64,000 bases of DNA from an uncultured Porphyromonadaceae bacterium (GCA_902491515.1 CABUIC010000009.1:486-64485), one strand, 5' to 3'. Counted from the first letter of the stretch, positions 31,101 to 40,810 are shown. Notes: generated by a model from the sequence alone, not told the origin. Translations and numbers: made by a program.

Positions 31101-31631
31101 GTTATGGACACAGAATGCTACTCCAACACAGGCGGACAGTCCTCCAAGGCCACGCCGCTGAGCGCCGTCACGAAATATACCCCCGACGGCAAGCGGACCT
31201 ACAAGAAAGACCTCGGACGCATGATGATGACATATCCCGACGTCTACGTGGCCTCCGTGGCACTCGGCGCCAATATGCAGCAGACCATCGACGCACTCCG
31301 CGAGGCCGAGGCCTTCCCGGGCCCCTCGATAGTAATTACATACTGCCCTTGCATCAACCACGGCCTCCGCACGGGCATGAGCCATTCGGCAGTAGAACAG
31401 CGCAACGCCGTGCGATGCGGCTACTGGCCCCTCTACCGCTACGACCCGCGCAACGCCTCCCCGCTCACCCTCGACTCCCCGCAAATCGCCCCCGACACCT
31501 TCCCCGCCTTCATCAACAACCAGGACCGCTACGCCGACCTCCGGCTCGTCGACCCCGCCGACGCCCCCACCCTCCAGTCTGCCCTCTGCAAACGCTGCGT
31601 AAAAGTCCACGAACTGTTAGGAGGAAAGTAG
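28179..31631 (+). CDS. nifJ: Pyruvate:ferredoxin (flavodoxin) oxidoreductase
   Basis: N-terminal MKQIMDGCTAATHVAFALSDVATIYPITP, two 4Fe-4S ferredoxin Cys motifs (CVQCMICSTVC / CTGCGSCATMCP), TPP-binding GDGW. Confidence 0.9.
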   Translation: MKQIMDGCTAATHVAFALSDVATIYPITPVAEMGEIAREWGMEGRRNYAGAALDVREMESELGAAGATHGALAAGALATTFTNSQGLLLMIPSMYKIAGECLPGVFHIGTRSLASHALSIFGDHQDIMACRATGFAFLGSASVQETMDLAIVAHLAAIEGSLPVVHFFDGWRTSGEMQTIDAVDYDTIFSLLDKEALTRFRGRALNPDHPILRGSAQNPDVYFQNREACNSAYNAFPGIVKAVMARVGKAIGRNYHLFDYYGAPDAERVVVAMGSGAEVARATSEALNAAGEKTGVVVVRLFRPWSTDDFIAALPSSVRSIAVLDRTKEPGAQGEPLYGDVAVSVLRSGRPIRVIGGRYGLSSKDFSPAMARAVFDELKKPEPMREFTVGITDDVTHLSLRVDPAFQIKAKGLTETIFYGFGSDGTVGAAKQIASIVGSQDGMYAQAFFNYSAKKSGGYTLSQLRFCTEPVAAAWQIESADFVFCNKAAYVGRFDMLSKLRPGGVFVLNAPWTVGEMAKRLPADMRRSLVDKKVRFYTIDATAIAASEQLGARINTIMEAVYFHLSGVLPEEVWHPAMQAIVRKTYIHEGGETVARNLKAIDKAVGAIRPVAVPTEWATAMVQAAPAQDVPAFVSEVAEPCDRLEGDALPVSRFTPDGSMPMGTTAYEKRRIAIDIPRWDPAKCVQCMICSTVCSHAAIRPYLLDKDEMAKKPADIATATTKDPKLAGYQFRIQVYPADCTGCGSCATMCPGNALTMVPLYPEIENEEPRWKWVTGNVSEKPDILPRFTVRGAQFHRPLMEFSGACGGCGETPYVKLLTQLFGERLLIANATGCSSIWGANYPSNAYCTLGDGRGPAWGNSLFEDNAEYGYGMAVAMEHRRARARQIAETLAADPKAPGEAVSAAKAWTAAFDDPTASYTEGARLAKAAPELAPFADVLGKKSIWAIGGDGWAYDIGFAGLDHVLASGENINILVMDTECYSNTGGQSSKATPLSAVTKYTPDGKRTYKKDLGRMMMTYPDVYVASVALGANMQQTIDALREAEAFPGPSIVITYCPCINHGLRTGMSHSAVEQRNAVRCGYWPLYRYDPRNASPLTLDSPQIAPDTFPAFINNQDRYADLRLVDPADAPTLQSALCKRCVKVHELLGGK

Positions 31632-31892
31632 TGTAATTTGGAATTTGGAATTTAGAGTTTTTTGGGGAGTTTAGAATTTAGAGTCTAGAGTTTTTGCCGG
31701 GGAGTGGGAGGCACATTCGCGCATTCGGGGCGGAGGCGCCGGTCCGGGCAATGGCACGTCCGACTACAATACATTGATATTCAATCTATTAAGTGTAGGG
31801 ACGTGCCATGACACGTCCGCGCCGTAAAGAACATTTCAATACCCGGAGGCACGTGGAGGATGACAATCGCCTAATCGGTAGGTGACATAAAC

Positions 31893-32036
31893 CGAATTCG
31901 CGCATTCGGGGCGGACGTGCCATGGCACATCCCTACATGTAGTATGCTGCAAATCAATGAAACACAAATAGACGCACGGGCCTTGCGTTTTTACAATTCG
32001 ATGATTGATTTGGCAGTTTTGCGACATCTTCACGGT
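31893..32036 (+). repeat. Left copy of an imperfect direct repeat of about 145 bp (double-hairpin REP-like unit plus conserved tail) flanking the Type III RM cassette
   Basis: First 50 nt 49/50 identical and last 38 nt about 36/38 identical to 37115-37258. Contains the 18-bp palindrome GACGTGCCATGGCACaTC. Confidence 0.7.
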
Positions 32037-32039
32037 AGG

Positions 32040-34829
32040 TTATAGGAATTTTTCCTTCATTGCTTCCGCAAATTCGCGTTCAACACTGTGTGTGTAGAAT
32101 GGCATTCCCCATATCTCGAATTTATCGTTTGCTGTCCTGAAATTAAGGATTGCGTCATCTTGAATGCTTTGTTGGAATAGCATCTTCCACTGGTCCGTGC
32201 GTCTAAGATGTTCTCCTTTCGGTTCGATGAAGATTTGAATATTATCGTATTGGCCTTCTTCACTATTTTTGCGCAAAAACAGTACAAAGTCAGGCTCTGT
32301 TGCACGACCATCATCGAATGCAAAAATTTTTAAGTCTTTATAATTGCGCAGAAGGTACACTTCGCTGTACTTCTCTTTCAGTTTGTCTAAGATAGACTCG
32401 ATATACTTTATCAGATATTTTTCTTCTTCGGTGCCAAAGTTATCTTCGTAACCATACCATGCACAAGTCATGAGGTCAAGACGCAAAAATGAATTTGTTG
32501 TTTCTTTCATCGAAACACCATCTTCCTTGCTTTCTTTCCCGATGGCAACCCTATAACAGTGGTCATGGAATACATCTTTAACTTGCTTTGGTGTGAAACG
32601 TTTACTTCCGCGAGTAGCGCTTCCACCTTTAGCAAGCATAGGTTCAATTTGATTTAGTACTTCAACCGCGGTGAAAAGTTTCTCTTTCTGAGAAAGATTT
32701 GTAATGACTTCCTCGCGTCCATATATCGTCACACTTAAATTTGCCAAATAATCCTCGCTCTCAATAAATTGCTTTATAGACTTGAGATTGGGGAATATTC
32801 CATGAAGCGCTTCGAATGTCATGCCGTCAAATCTGTTTAGAGCGGCTCGCAAAATATGCTTGCCGAATTCGCCAAGCCGACAGCTTCTTTTCTGCAATGA
32901 AATTGTTTCGCTTTCCGTAGCTTTTGAAAACACAAGGCTCGTTGACATTTCGCCAGTGCTTATTCTTACAGAAAATTCCTTATCAAGAATGTTTTTGCCA
33001 ATATTTGCAAGTTCCTCATTACGCAAATATACCTCCTGCTCATTGGCAAAAACATAGCCCTCCACATAGAGCCTCGAATTCTTAAAACTATCTTTCAACT
33101 TTTCCACAACCTCTACACTTCTGGGCTCAATTATGCCTGAGGCAGCAAGAGCAGAATTCAACTCCTGTATGTAACGCGGATTGCTGGGACTGTGGTACGA
33201 GAGCGTTTCAAGGTGTCGCAGAGGATTGTTTAGCTGATTATCATACTTTCGCTTAGCGGCATATTCAGAAAGCGGCTTTTGAGCTCCATATGTTGTTTCC
33301 GCATCTACAATAACAGCTTGTCCACAGACGTCTGCATCACAAGCCAAGCCTTCTCCTGAGACTGATGAAGCTTTCTGTTCCGATTTGTCGGTGAACGGCA
33401 GATACCTAGCTCCTCTCCCAATCAATTGCGCCTCACTATTAGTCGTCTTCCCGACGGCACCCCCTCGGGAATCGCGGGTATCATAGAGACGCACTATATC
33501 AAAAAGATTAAGGACGTCCCAACCCTCATTTAGCATATCGACAGCAAATACAGCACGGAATTCGTTATCTTTATTTTCCAACGAGTTGAGATACTGCTGT
33601 TTTTCGGCGCTTATCGTACTCCCGTCCACCAACAGCAAATTGTCCTCCTTAAAATCTTCTTTTATTTCAAGGAGCAAATTTTCAAGAGCAATTCCTCGCG
33701 CGTCAAAATAATTGAAAGCATCAAGCAGAGCCTCTTTTGCATTAGTTTGTATGCGCTGCAATGTATCAGTTGTCAAGTTCTTAACAGTGTCGATAAATAA
33801 GTTGAAGAACTCTTTGTTTTCCTTTATAGTCTTTGACTTTAACATTACGACAGGTTTTATATCCTGACGAATCTGATTACCTAACTTCCTGCGGAACTGA
33901 CTCATTATCACCGCTTGCAAAGCGCGGTCTATAGGCTGCATATCACTTTGTAGTACTGCAATATCCTTAGAGTAACCTTCCTCACGGAATTTTTTCAAAG
34001 GATAATCAAAGATTACCTTGTCTTTGTACTTATCAGCAATGTTAGCATTGGCGAAGTCTTCTGTTGCAGTAAACTCGAGCAAAACATTCGCGTTATTAGC
34101 TTTGAAAATTCGCATCACAGTAGTTTCCCAATCATCGCTCTGAGCATATTCTTCTGAATAATCCTCAATGTCTAATTCCAATTGCAATGACGAGCCGGAT
34201 TTTTTAGTCGCAGTATTGATATGGTGCGCTTCGTCAGCTATCATCACAACCTTCAAATTGCTGAAGTCATCATAAGAGATACCCCCTTCTTTTGGGGTGT
34301 TAAGATCGCAGTGCAATCCTTGGATTGTCTGCAAGCAGAAGTTAATTGCGTCAGGGTCGCTATTCTGAAAGTTGTCAACTTGCTTTACTTCCACACGTTT
34401 GTTAGCAATCGTGATTGAAGGACCGAAAAGATATTTCGATGATGCAGAGTTGAAGAAGTTATCTTTCGTCTTTTCGATAACATTGCCACTGTTCACGAAA
34501 AACAGGAAATTGCGATATCCTTTCTCGTACAGATATAGGATTATGCCGGCCATTATCAGGGTCTTACCGCTACCTGTTGCCATATGGAAGAGCAGCTGAG
34601 GTTTAGCTGCTTTTCCTTCGAAGTCATTCTCCCAATAAGATAAAAAATATTGGAATGCCTCAGTCTGATACTGACGGAGACGCATCATCGGGTTCAATGC
34701 CGTGGAGAAACTCGATGGCATTTTCACACGCTCAATCTGCTGTTTGCCCAACTCCATGCGAAGGGTGTTTTGCAGATTGTCGCGAAGGAAATCGTCTATG
34801 CTTACTTCTTGCTGTTTCTTCGCCATCAT
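32040..34829 (-). CDS. res: Type III restriction endonuclease Res subunit (SF2 helicase plus PD-(D/E)xK nuclease)
   Basis: Helicase motif I HMATGSGKT, motif II MIADEAHH, C-terminal FIEPKGEH nuclease-like motif. About 40% GC against a 60% background. Start overlaps the mod stop (TGATG). Confidence 0.85.
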   Translation of the reverse strand: MMAKKQQEVSIDDFLRDNLQNTLRMELGKQQIERVKMPSSFSTALNPMMRLRQYQTEAFQYFLSYWENDFEGKAAKPQLLFHMATGSGKTLIMAGIILYLYEKGYRNFLFFVNSGNVIEKTKDNFFNSASSKYLFGPSITIANKRVEVKQVDNFQNSDPDAINFCLQTIQGLHCDLNTPKEGGISYDDFSNLKVVMIADEAHHINTATKKSGSSLQLELDIEDYSEEYAQSDDWETTVMRIFKANNANVLLEFTATEDFANANIADKYKDKVIFDYPLKKFREEGYSKDIAVLQSDMQPIDRALQAVIMSQFRRKLGNQIRQDIKPVVMLKSKTIKENKEFFNLFIDTVKNLTTDTLQRIQTNAKEALLDAFNYFDARGIALENLLLEIKEDFKEDNLLLVDGSTISAEKQQYLNSLENKDNEFRAVFAVDMLNEGWDVLNLFDIVRLYDTRDSRGGAVGKTTNSEAQLIGRGARYLPFTDKSEQKASSVSGEGLACDADVCGQAVIVDAETTYGAQKPLSEYAAKRKYDNQLNNPLRHLETLSYHSPSNPRYIQELNSALAASGIIEPRSVEVVEKLKDSFKNSRLYVEGYVFANEQEVYLRNEELANIGKNILDKEFSVRISTGEMSTSLVFSKATESETISLQKRSCRLGEFGKHILRAALNRFDGMTFEALHGIFPNLKSIKQFIESEDYLANLSVTIYGREEVITNLSQKEKLFTAVEVLNQIEPMLAKGGSATRGSKRFTPKQVKDVFHDHCYRVAIGKESKEDGVSMKETTNSFLRLDLMTCAWYGYEDNFGTEEEKYLIKYIESILDKLKEKYSEVYLLRNYKDLKIFAFDDGRATEPDFVLFLRKNSEEGQYDNIQIFIEPKGEHLRRTDQWKMLFQQSIQDDAILNFRTANDKFEIWGMPFYTHSVEREFAEAMKEKFL

Positions 34830-36511
34830 CAGTTAGTTTTATCATAGAACTCATCGTTCTGTTTCTTGTCGGCATATGAAATCTCAAACTCGGAATTATC
34901 AATTTCCGAAAGTGGGACATACAGCATGTTCTTATCGAGACATTCGATTAAGAACATCTTTTGCTCATCAAGGCTCAACGCCTCGAAATCTTTCACATTC
35001 TCGTTGAATGTCTTTGGGTTGATTTTCCAGGAAAGAAATCCGGTTTTCTGCATTTCCTCCCATATATTCTTCAACTCGTCGGCGGTCCCGGCAGAATTTA
35101 TTTGGTCAACGAATCGTTGATTAGCTAATGCCAATTCGCAATAAACGAACGAGCCGCCACCCTGCCAATTATTTCTCTTAGATACACCGCTTTGCTCTCC
35201 TGAGATTACTTTTTTAAGCCTTCTTTGGATAATACTGAGATGCTTGTCCAATTGTTCTGCCAATATAAATTTTCTGCCCATTTTCAATGCTACAGCACCG
35301 GTCGTGCCAGTTCCTCCGAAAAAATCAAGAACAATGTCACCTTCCTGCGTATGCGCTTTAATGATTCGTTCTATAAGTTTTTCGGATTTCTGCCCTTTAA
35401 CCTCATCATCCGGATTCAACAATTTAGATACAGTCTCACCAGCAAAAGATACGATAGCAATGCTGTTTAAATCGTCATATTCATTGCCGTTCCAGACATC
35501 TTCAATTGGATATCTGTCTGAATTCCCTTGAGCTATGGGCTTATATTCTCTTCGGGGAATATAAAACTTTTTAAATGCCAACTGTGTAGCATCTTTAGAA
35601 TAGAAAAGGATTGTATCGTGATTACGAATCCAATTATTATCTACGGTCTTATAGCCTGAAAGCCATCCTATCCGCCAGATTATTTCTCTTTGGAAGTTTT
35701 CTTCTCCGAATATTTCATCCATGAGAACTTTTAGGTAATGGACTTCATGATAATCTAATTGAACATAAATAGCGCCATCAGAGGACAAAAGTTGTTTAGC
35801 AAGTTCAAGCCTATTACGCATAAATGTCAACCAACTTGAACGATTAAAACTGTCGTTGTAGCTAAATGAATCAGAACCTGTATTGTAGGGAGGGTCAAGG
35901 TAAATCAGTTTTACCTTACCGGCGTATTTGGGTAATAAGGAATGTAAAACAAGCAGGTTATTCCCTTTAATGACGAAGTTATCTTTCGAGGAAACCTCAG
36001 TCGGTACAGTTTCGCCATTGCGGTCGTGACGACGAAAGTTTGCGAGGACTTTCGGCTCTGTGAGGCGGTTGATTTCGTCAGGAGCGAGTATTTCGTTCCA
36101 AAACACCTCGTTGCGTTTTGCATCCTCTTTAGTCTGACCGCCTTCGAGTATGCAATCTTTATATGGCCACGAGAGCACGACTTCGCGACTCTCGGATATG
36201 AAATTATCGTTCTCGTCGGTAAGCCCTATCTTGTTTTTAAAACAGGTGTAGCTGTCAGGAAGAAAGCGTTTGTTCATCACAAATTTTTGAAAGCGAACTT
36301 TGTCGAACACGAGCACGCCTTCAACTTCTGTGAAAAAGTTGGCCTTCAATCCATTATTAGAAAGAAGTAGCTTTATAAGGTCCGGACGCAAAGCGAGCGC
36401 AGCTTCGACTATAGCATTCTTAAGCAGAATACCATCTTCAGAGCAGTAGCGGCTTTCCTTGCGAAGCAACTTCTCCAATTCGTGGAAAAGATTAAGGTTA
36501 TTCATTTTCAA
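34829..36511 (-). CDS. mod: Type III DNA adenine methyltransferase Mod subunit (beta-class N6A MTase)
   Basis: DPPYNTG (motif IV) precedes FFGGTGTTGAVA (motif I); low GC; translationally coupled to res. Confidence 0.85.
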   Translation of the reverse strand: MKMNNLNLFHELEKLLRKESRYCSEDGILLKNAIVEAALALRPDLIKLLLSNNGLKANFFTEVEGVLVFDKVRFQKFVMNKRFLPDSYTCFKNKIGLTDENDNFISESREVVLSWPYKDCILEGGQTKEDAKRNEVFWNEILAPDEINRLTEPKVLANFRRHDRNGETVPTEVSSKDNFVIKGNNLLVLHSLLPKYAGKVKLIYLDPPYNTGSDSFSYNDSFNRSSWLTFMRNRLELAKQLLSSDGAIYVQLDYHEVHYLKVLMDEIFGEENFQREIIWRIGWLSGYKTVDNNWIRNHDTILFYSKDATQLAFKKFYIPRREYKPIAQGNSDRYPIEDVWNGNEYDDLNSIAIVSFAGETVSKLLNPDDEVKGQKSEKLIERIIKAHTQEGDIVLDFFGGTGTTGAVALKMGRKFILAEQLDKHLSIIQRRLKKVISGEQSGVSKRNNWQGGGSFVYCELALANQRFVDQINSAGTADELKNIWEEMQKTGFLSWKINPKTFNENVKDFEALSLDEQKMFLIECLDKNMLYVPLSEIDNSEFEISYADKKQNDEFYDKTN

Positions 36512-37033
36512 GAATTCTTATTACCCATTTATATCCGGGAGCTTGGTCTACATGCCTTTACAATAGACATCAGCGCCCGCCCTCCAAAAAAAAGCCATTA
36601 GCTCCAGGATGGCCGGAAATGATTGATTGAATTGGATAAAAGAAAAGCGGGAGCTTTACCTCGCTCATTCCGCCTTCAGGGTCGTAGGAAATACCATTGC
36701 AACAGAACGAGCAATGGTAGAAGCGCCCCGCGGAGTATGTATATGCAATTTATCTCTCCTAATCTTCCATGAGACAAGAGATATACATAGACGTACTTAT
36801 GGGGCGTCTGCTATTGCTTTATCCTGGTTGCAAATTCAAAATTTCCTACGTTTTGAAGGCCAAGAACAAAGCGCCGAGTAAACGCCTTTCGTATTATAAA
36901 TATGACCCGAAGAAGGGTGCGTTAGTCCTCCTCTGAGGCACACCGCAACTGCCGGGTTCACCTGCAAAGATACGACTTTTTTATGAGAAATTAGATTAAA
37001 TGAAAAAATTTAAGATTTCGAGAGAGAAAATAA

Positions 37034-37082
37034 GCGAATTCGGCGAATCGGGGCGGATGCGGCAATGGCGCGCCCCCACATG
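37034..37082 (+). repeat. Degenerate copy of the double-hairpin REP-like unit
   Basis: gcgaattcggcgaatcggggcggatgcggcaatggcgcgcccccacatg aligns to the unit ccgaattcgcgcattcggggcggacgtgccatggcacgtccctacatg. Confidence 0.6.
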
Positions 37083-37114
37083 CAACAAGCTAATAGTCCA
37101 TGCGTTATAGAGTA

Positions 37115-37258
37115 CCGAATTCGCGCATTCGGGGCGGACGTGCCATGGCACGTCCCTACATGTTACAGACTATATACCAGCTCTATACAAATAAATGTGC
37201 GTGCGGGCCGTGCGTGTTTACACGTCGATGATCGATTTGGCAATTTTGCGACATCTTC
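37115..37258 (+). repeat. Right copy of the direct repeat of about 145 bp flanking the RM cassette
   Basis: See 31893-32036. Contains the perfect 18-bp palindrome GACGTGCCATGGCACGTC (includes an NcoI site). Confidence 0.7.
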
Positions 37259-37335
37259 GGGAGGAATGGTTGAAAAATTCGGCCCGCGCTTCCGTGGGGG
37301 GAGTGCGGGCCGTTGTGGTGCGGGTAGGAGGAGGG

Positions 37336-38034
37336 TTATTCGATTGCGCGCTTGCCGCCGGCGAGGGCTTTCCATGCGAGGGCTGCGAGGATAGCACCTA
37401 CCACAGGGCCTACGACCATAATCCAGAAGTCACCCCAGGCGCTGGGATCGAATACGGCCGGGCCGAAGGAGCGGGCCGGGTTGACGGAGCAGTTGTCGAC
37501 GGGAATGCCTACGATGTTGACAAGGCCGAGGGCGAGACCGATGGCCAGGCCCGCGAACTTGCCGAAGCCCTTGTTGGCATCGGTTGCTCCGAGAACGACG
37601 AGAACGAAGAAGAAGGTGAAGAGAGCCTCGACGAGGAGGGCCATGCCCGAGGTTGCTCCGGGCTGAAGCACGTTGGTGGCGAGGTAGGAGCCGGAAGCGG
37701 CTGTAGTGCCGCCGAACTGGAACGTTCCGTCGGCCATATGCATCAGGGCATAGAGGAATCCTGCGCCGATAGTCGCGCCGATAAGCTGCGAGATGATGTA
37801 GCCTACGCACTCACGGCCGGACATGCGTCCCGAGAGATACACGCCGAGCGAGACGGCCGGGTTGACATGACAGCCTGAGATGTTTCCGAGGCAGTAGCAA
37901 AGACAGATCAGCACGAGGCCGAAGCAGAGGCCGATTCCGAGGACTCCGATTGCCGGACCTGCGAGGACGGCGCTGCCGCAGGCGAAGAGCACGAGGAACA
38001 TAGTGCCGAGGCCTTCTGCGAGATACTTGTTCAT
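37336..38034 (-). CDS. aqpZ: Aquaporin (MIP family, AqpZ-like)
   Basis: Two NPA motifs (HVNPAVS, NPARSFG), six TM helices. Confidence 0.85.
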   Translation of the reverse strand: MNKYLAEGLGTMFLVLFACGSAVLAGPAIGVLGIGLCFGLVLICLCYCLGNISGCHVNPAVSLGVYLSGRMSGRECVGYIISQLIGATIGAGFLYALMHMADGTFQFGGTTAASGSYLATNVLQPGATSGMALLVEALFTFFFVLVVLGATDANKGFGKFAGLAIGLALGLVNIVGIPVDNCSVNPARSFGPAVFDPSAWGDFWIMVVGPVVGAILAALAWKALAGGKRAIE

Positions 38035-38081
38035 AGCGATGAAATTTGAAGGTTATTAATAGATGTTGTTGTGAATCTAAT

Positions 38082-39224
38082 TTAATAACTATGCGACTCG
38101 TCTTTAAGTTCACTCTCGGTGAGCGGTGTGGAGTTCATCTTCCGCCATACGACCACGATGTAGGCCAGGACGAAGGGAATGATGACGCTCACCACGCTCA
38201 TGACACGGAGCGTGAAGAGGCTCGAAGAGGAATTGGCGATGCTCAGCGAGGAAGCCGGGTCGAGAGTCGAGGGATAGTACGCCGCACCCTGATAGCCCGC
38301 AAGGCAGAAAAGGACGAGCACCACGACGAAGGCGCCGATGCCGCTCCACCAGATGCCGGACTTCCATTTCGCGTCCAGAGCGGTGCGGAACACGGCATAG
38401 AGCACGGCAACGACCCCGAGCACGAAGGCGAGACCCATCGGCCACCAGGCCACAAGGCTGTTGAAATACATGTTGGGCTCGGCGACAAAAGCACCGGCGC
38501 CGTCGGCGCGCAGGCCCGTAGTTGTGAAGAGTACAAGGAGGAAGGCCACGAAGAGGACGGCGAAGACGATGCCGTTGTAGAGCGTGACCGAGCGCATGCG
38601 CCGGGTGAGCTCGGGCTGGCCGCCGATATTGTTCACGAAGTACATGGCCGCCTGGGTGCGGGCGAGGAAGAACACGGCGAAGCCCAGGACAAGGTTGCGC
38701 CACGAGGCTATGGCCTCGAGGCCGCGCGTCGGGGCCCAGCGGGAGATGACGGGACTGCCGGCGTCAAGGATATTGCCCTTGGTCACTGTAAATTCAGCGC
38801 CGAAGAACATTCCGCCGACAGCTACTCCGAGAAGCACGCATCCGAAAAGGCCGTTGAACATCAGGAAGGCGTCGTACGCGCGGGTGCCGTAGAGGTTTCC
38901 CGACTTGCGGCGGAACTCATAGCTCACCGCCTGAAGCACGAAGCTCAGCAGAATGAGCATCCAGAGCCAGTACGCGCCCCCGAAGCTCGTGGAATAGAAC
39001 AGCGGGAAGGAGGCGAAGAAAGCTCCGCCGAAGACCACGAGAGTCGTGAAGGTGAATTCCCACTTGCGTCCCAGGGAATTGACCATGAGGCCGCGCTGGG
39101 CCTCGGTCATCCGCGAGCAGAGCATCGACTGCCCGCCCTGCACGAAAAGGAGAAAAACGAGGGCTGCGCCAAGCACGCCGATGAGCAGCCACCAGTAGTG
39201 TTGTAAAAGAGATAGTTCGGTCAT
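38082..39224 (-). CDS. cydB: Cytochrome bd ubiquinol oxidase subunit II
   Basis: N-terminus MTELSLLQHYWWLLIGVLG typical of CydB; polytopic. Confidence 0.85.
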   Translation of the reverse strand: MTELSLLQHYWWLLIGVLGAALVFLLFVQGGQSMLCSRMTEAQRGLMVNSLGRKWEFTFTTLVVFGGAFFASFPLFYSTSFGGAYWLWMLILLSFVLQAVSYEFRRKSGNLYGTRAYDAFLMFNGLFGCVLLGVAVGGMFFGAEFTVTKGNILDAGSPVISRWAPTRGLEAIASWRNLVLGFAVFFLARTQAAMYFVNNIGGQPELTRRMRSVTLYNGIVFAVLFVAFLLVLFTTTGLRADGAGAFVAEPNMYFNSLVAWWPMGLAFVLGVVAVLYAVFRTALDAKWKSGIWWSGIGAFVVVLVLFCLAGYQGAAYYPSTLDPASSLSIANSSSSLFTLRVMSVVSVIIPFVLAYIVVVWRKMNSTPLTESELKDESHSY

Positions 39225-39250
39225 TGTCTTGAGAATTTTATACTTGTGGC

Positions 39251-40810
39251 TTATTTCATGATGTCGGTCTTGGAGGCCTTGGAGATATAGCGGAGCATGA
39301 TGCTGATTTCAGCGGCAAGCATGAGGGTGAAGATAGCGGCGAAAATACAGAACGTGAGCTGCACGGAAGAAGCGGGCACGTCGGAGATGGCGGCGTTCAC
39401 GGGCAGAAGGTCCTGGATGGTCCACGGCTGGCGCCCGACCTCGGCCGTTACCCACCCGGCCTGGCTGCATATCCAGACCACGGGAATCGACAGGATGCCC
39501 ACCCAGTGGAGCCAGGGCTTCTCGAGGAGCGGCGTGCGCCAGTAGCTTGCGGCGAGCACGAGGATGAAGAACACGAGGAGGTATCCGCCGAGAAGTACCA
39601 TTATATGGAAGGAGTAGAACGTGAGGGCCACGGGAGGCACGGCAGCCTCGCCCGAAGCGAGATAACCGTAGCCGAAGTCAGCGAAACGGGCGCGGACTTT
39701 CTCCGCCGCGGCGGCCATGGCGGCGGAATCGCCGGCCTGACGGGCGGCCTCATAGTCGCGCAGGGCCTGCTGTCCGAGTTTGCCGGAGGCTATGCGGTCG
39801 GCATAGCTCACACCGTAGACTGTATCGCCGTCAGCTGTGATGGAGCGACCGGCGATAAGGTCATCGATGCCCGGCACAAACAGAGTTGTCGAGCCGTCAA
39901 TAAGCAGCGACAGGCCCTTGGGAATATCTACGCTGAAAAGCATGGGGTCGGCGTTGTCACCCGGACGCTTCGACGGATTTAGGATGCCTATGGCCACAAG
40001 GTCCTGTCCGCGCGAGCCTTCGTAGAGTCCTTCCATGGCCGCGAGCTTCATGGGCTGGACGCGGCTCACCTGCTGGGCCGAGCCGTGACCCGTCGAGAGC
40101 GTGAACAGGATGCCGATAAGGCCAACCCAGGCGCCGACCTTCATCGACAGCCGCGCGGCCTCGACATTGCGCTTGCGGAAAAGAAGCCAGCTGCTGACTC
40201 CAACCACAAACACTCCGGCGAGTGTCCACCCAGAGAGGACGGCATGGAAAAACTTGTTCATCGACACGGGGTTGAAGGCCACTTCCCAGAAATTGTCCAT
40301 GACGTTGCGCATCTGGGCCGGGTCGAACTCCATGCCCACGGGGTTCTGCATCCATGCGTTGGCTATGAGAATCCAGAGCGCCGAAAGCGACACGCCTATG
40401 GCCGTCAGCCATGTCGAGGCAAGATGGAATCCGCGGCTGACCTTGTTCCAGCCAAAGAACATCACGGCCACGAAAGTTGCCTCCATGAAGAAGGCCAGAA
40501 GCCCTTCGATGGCGAGCGGAGCGCCGAAAATATCGCCGACAAACCAGCTGTAGTTGCTCCAGTTGGTTCCGAACTCGAATTCGAGGATGATGCCTGTTGC
40601 CACGCCGCAGGCGAAATTAATGCCGAAAAGAGTCATCCAGAACTTGGTGATTCCCTTCCAGCACTCCCGGCCGGTGCGGACGTAGATAGTCTCCATTATG
40701 GCGACTATCAGCGCGAGGCCGATGGTCAGCGGCACGAATAGCCAGTGGTACATGGCCGTGAGAGCGAACTGCGCCCTCGACCAGTCGACGGTCTGAATTA
40801 AGTCTGTCAT
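39251..40810 (-). CDS. cydA: Cytochrome bd ubiquinol oxidase subunit I
   Basis: N-terminus ...FALTAMYHWLFVPLTIGL, Q-loop, haem-ligand His residues. Confidence 0.9.
   Translation of the reverse strand: MTDLIQTVDWSRAQFALTAMYHWLFVPLTIGLALIVAIMETIYVRTGRECWKGITKFWMTLFGINFACGVATGIILEFEFGTNWSNYSWFVGDIFGAPLAIEGLLAFFMEATFVAVMFFGWNKVSRGFHLASTWLTAIGVSLSALWILIANAWMQNPVGMEFDPAQMRNVMDNFWEVAFNPVSMNKFFHAVLSGWTLAGVFVVGVSSWLLFRKRNVEAARLSMKVGAWVGLIGILFTLSTGHGSAQQVSRVQPMKLAAMEGLYEGSRGQDLVAIGILNPSKRPGDNADPMLFSVDIPKGLSLLIDGSTTLFVPGIDDLIAGRSITADGDTVYGVSYADRIASGKLGQQALRDYEAARQAGDSAAMAAAAEKVRARFADFGYGYLASGEAAVPPVALTFYSFHIMVLLGGYLLVFFILVLAASYWRTPLLEKPWLHWVGILSIPVVWICSQAGWVTAEVGRQPWTIQDLLPVNAAISDVPASSVQLTFCIFAAIFTLMLAAEISIMLRYISKASKTDIMK

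Noticed and set aside
31636-31705. Possible CRISPR array or minisatellite (ggaatttggaatttagagttttttggggagtttagaatttagagtctagag).
   Set aside because: These are short irregular low-complexity repeats of 7-10 bp without uniform spacers, so not a CRISPR array. They are treated as part of the repeat-rich island boundary.
36627-36881. 84-aa plus-strand ORF in the spacer between mod and the right flanking repeat.
   Set aside because: No motifs, no recognisable promoter, and an unusual composition. More likely non-coding spacer, although a small gene cannot be excluded.
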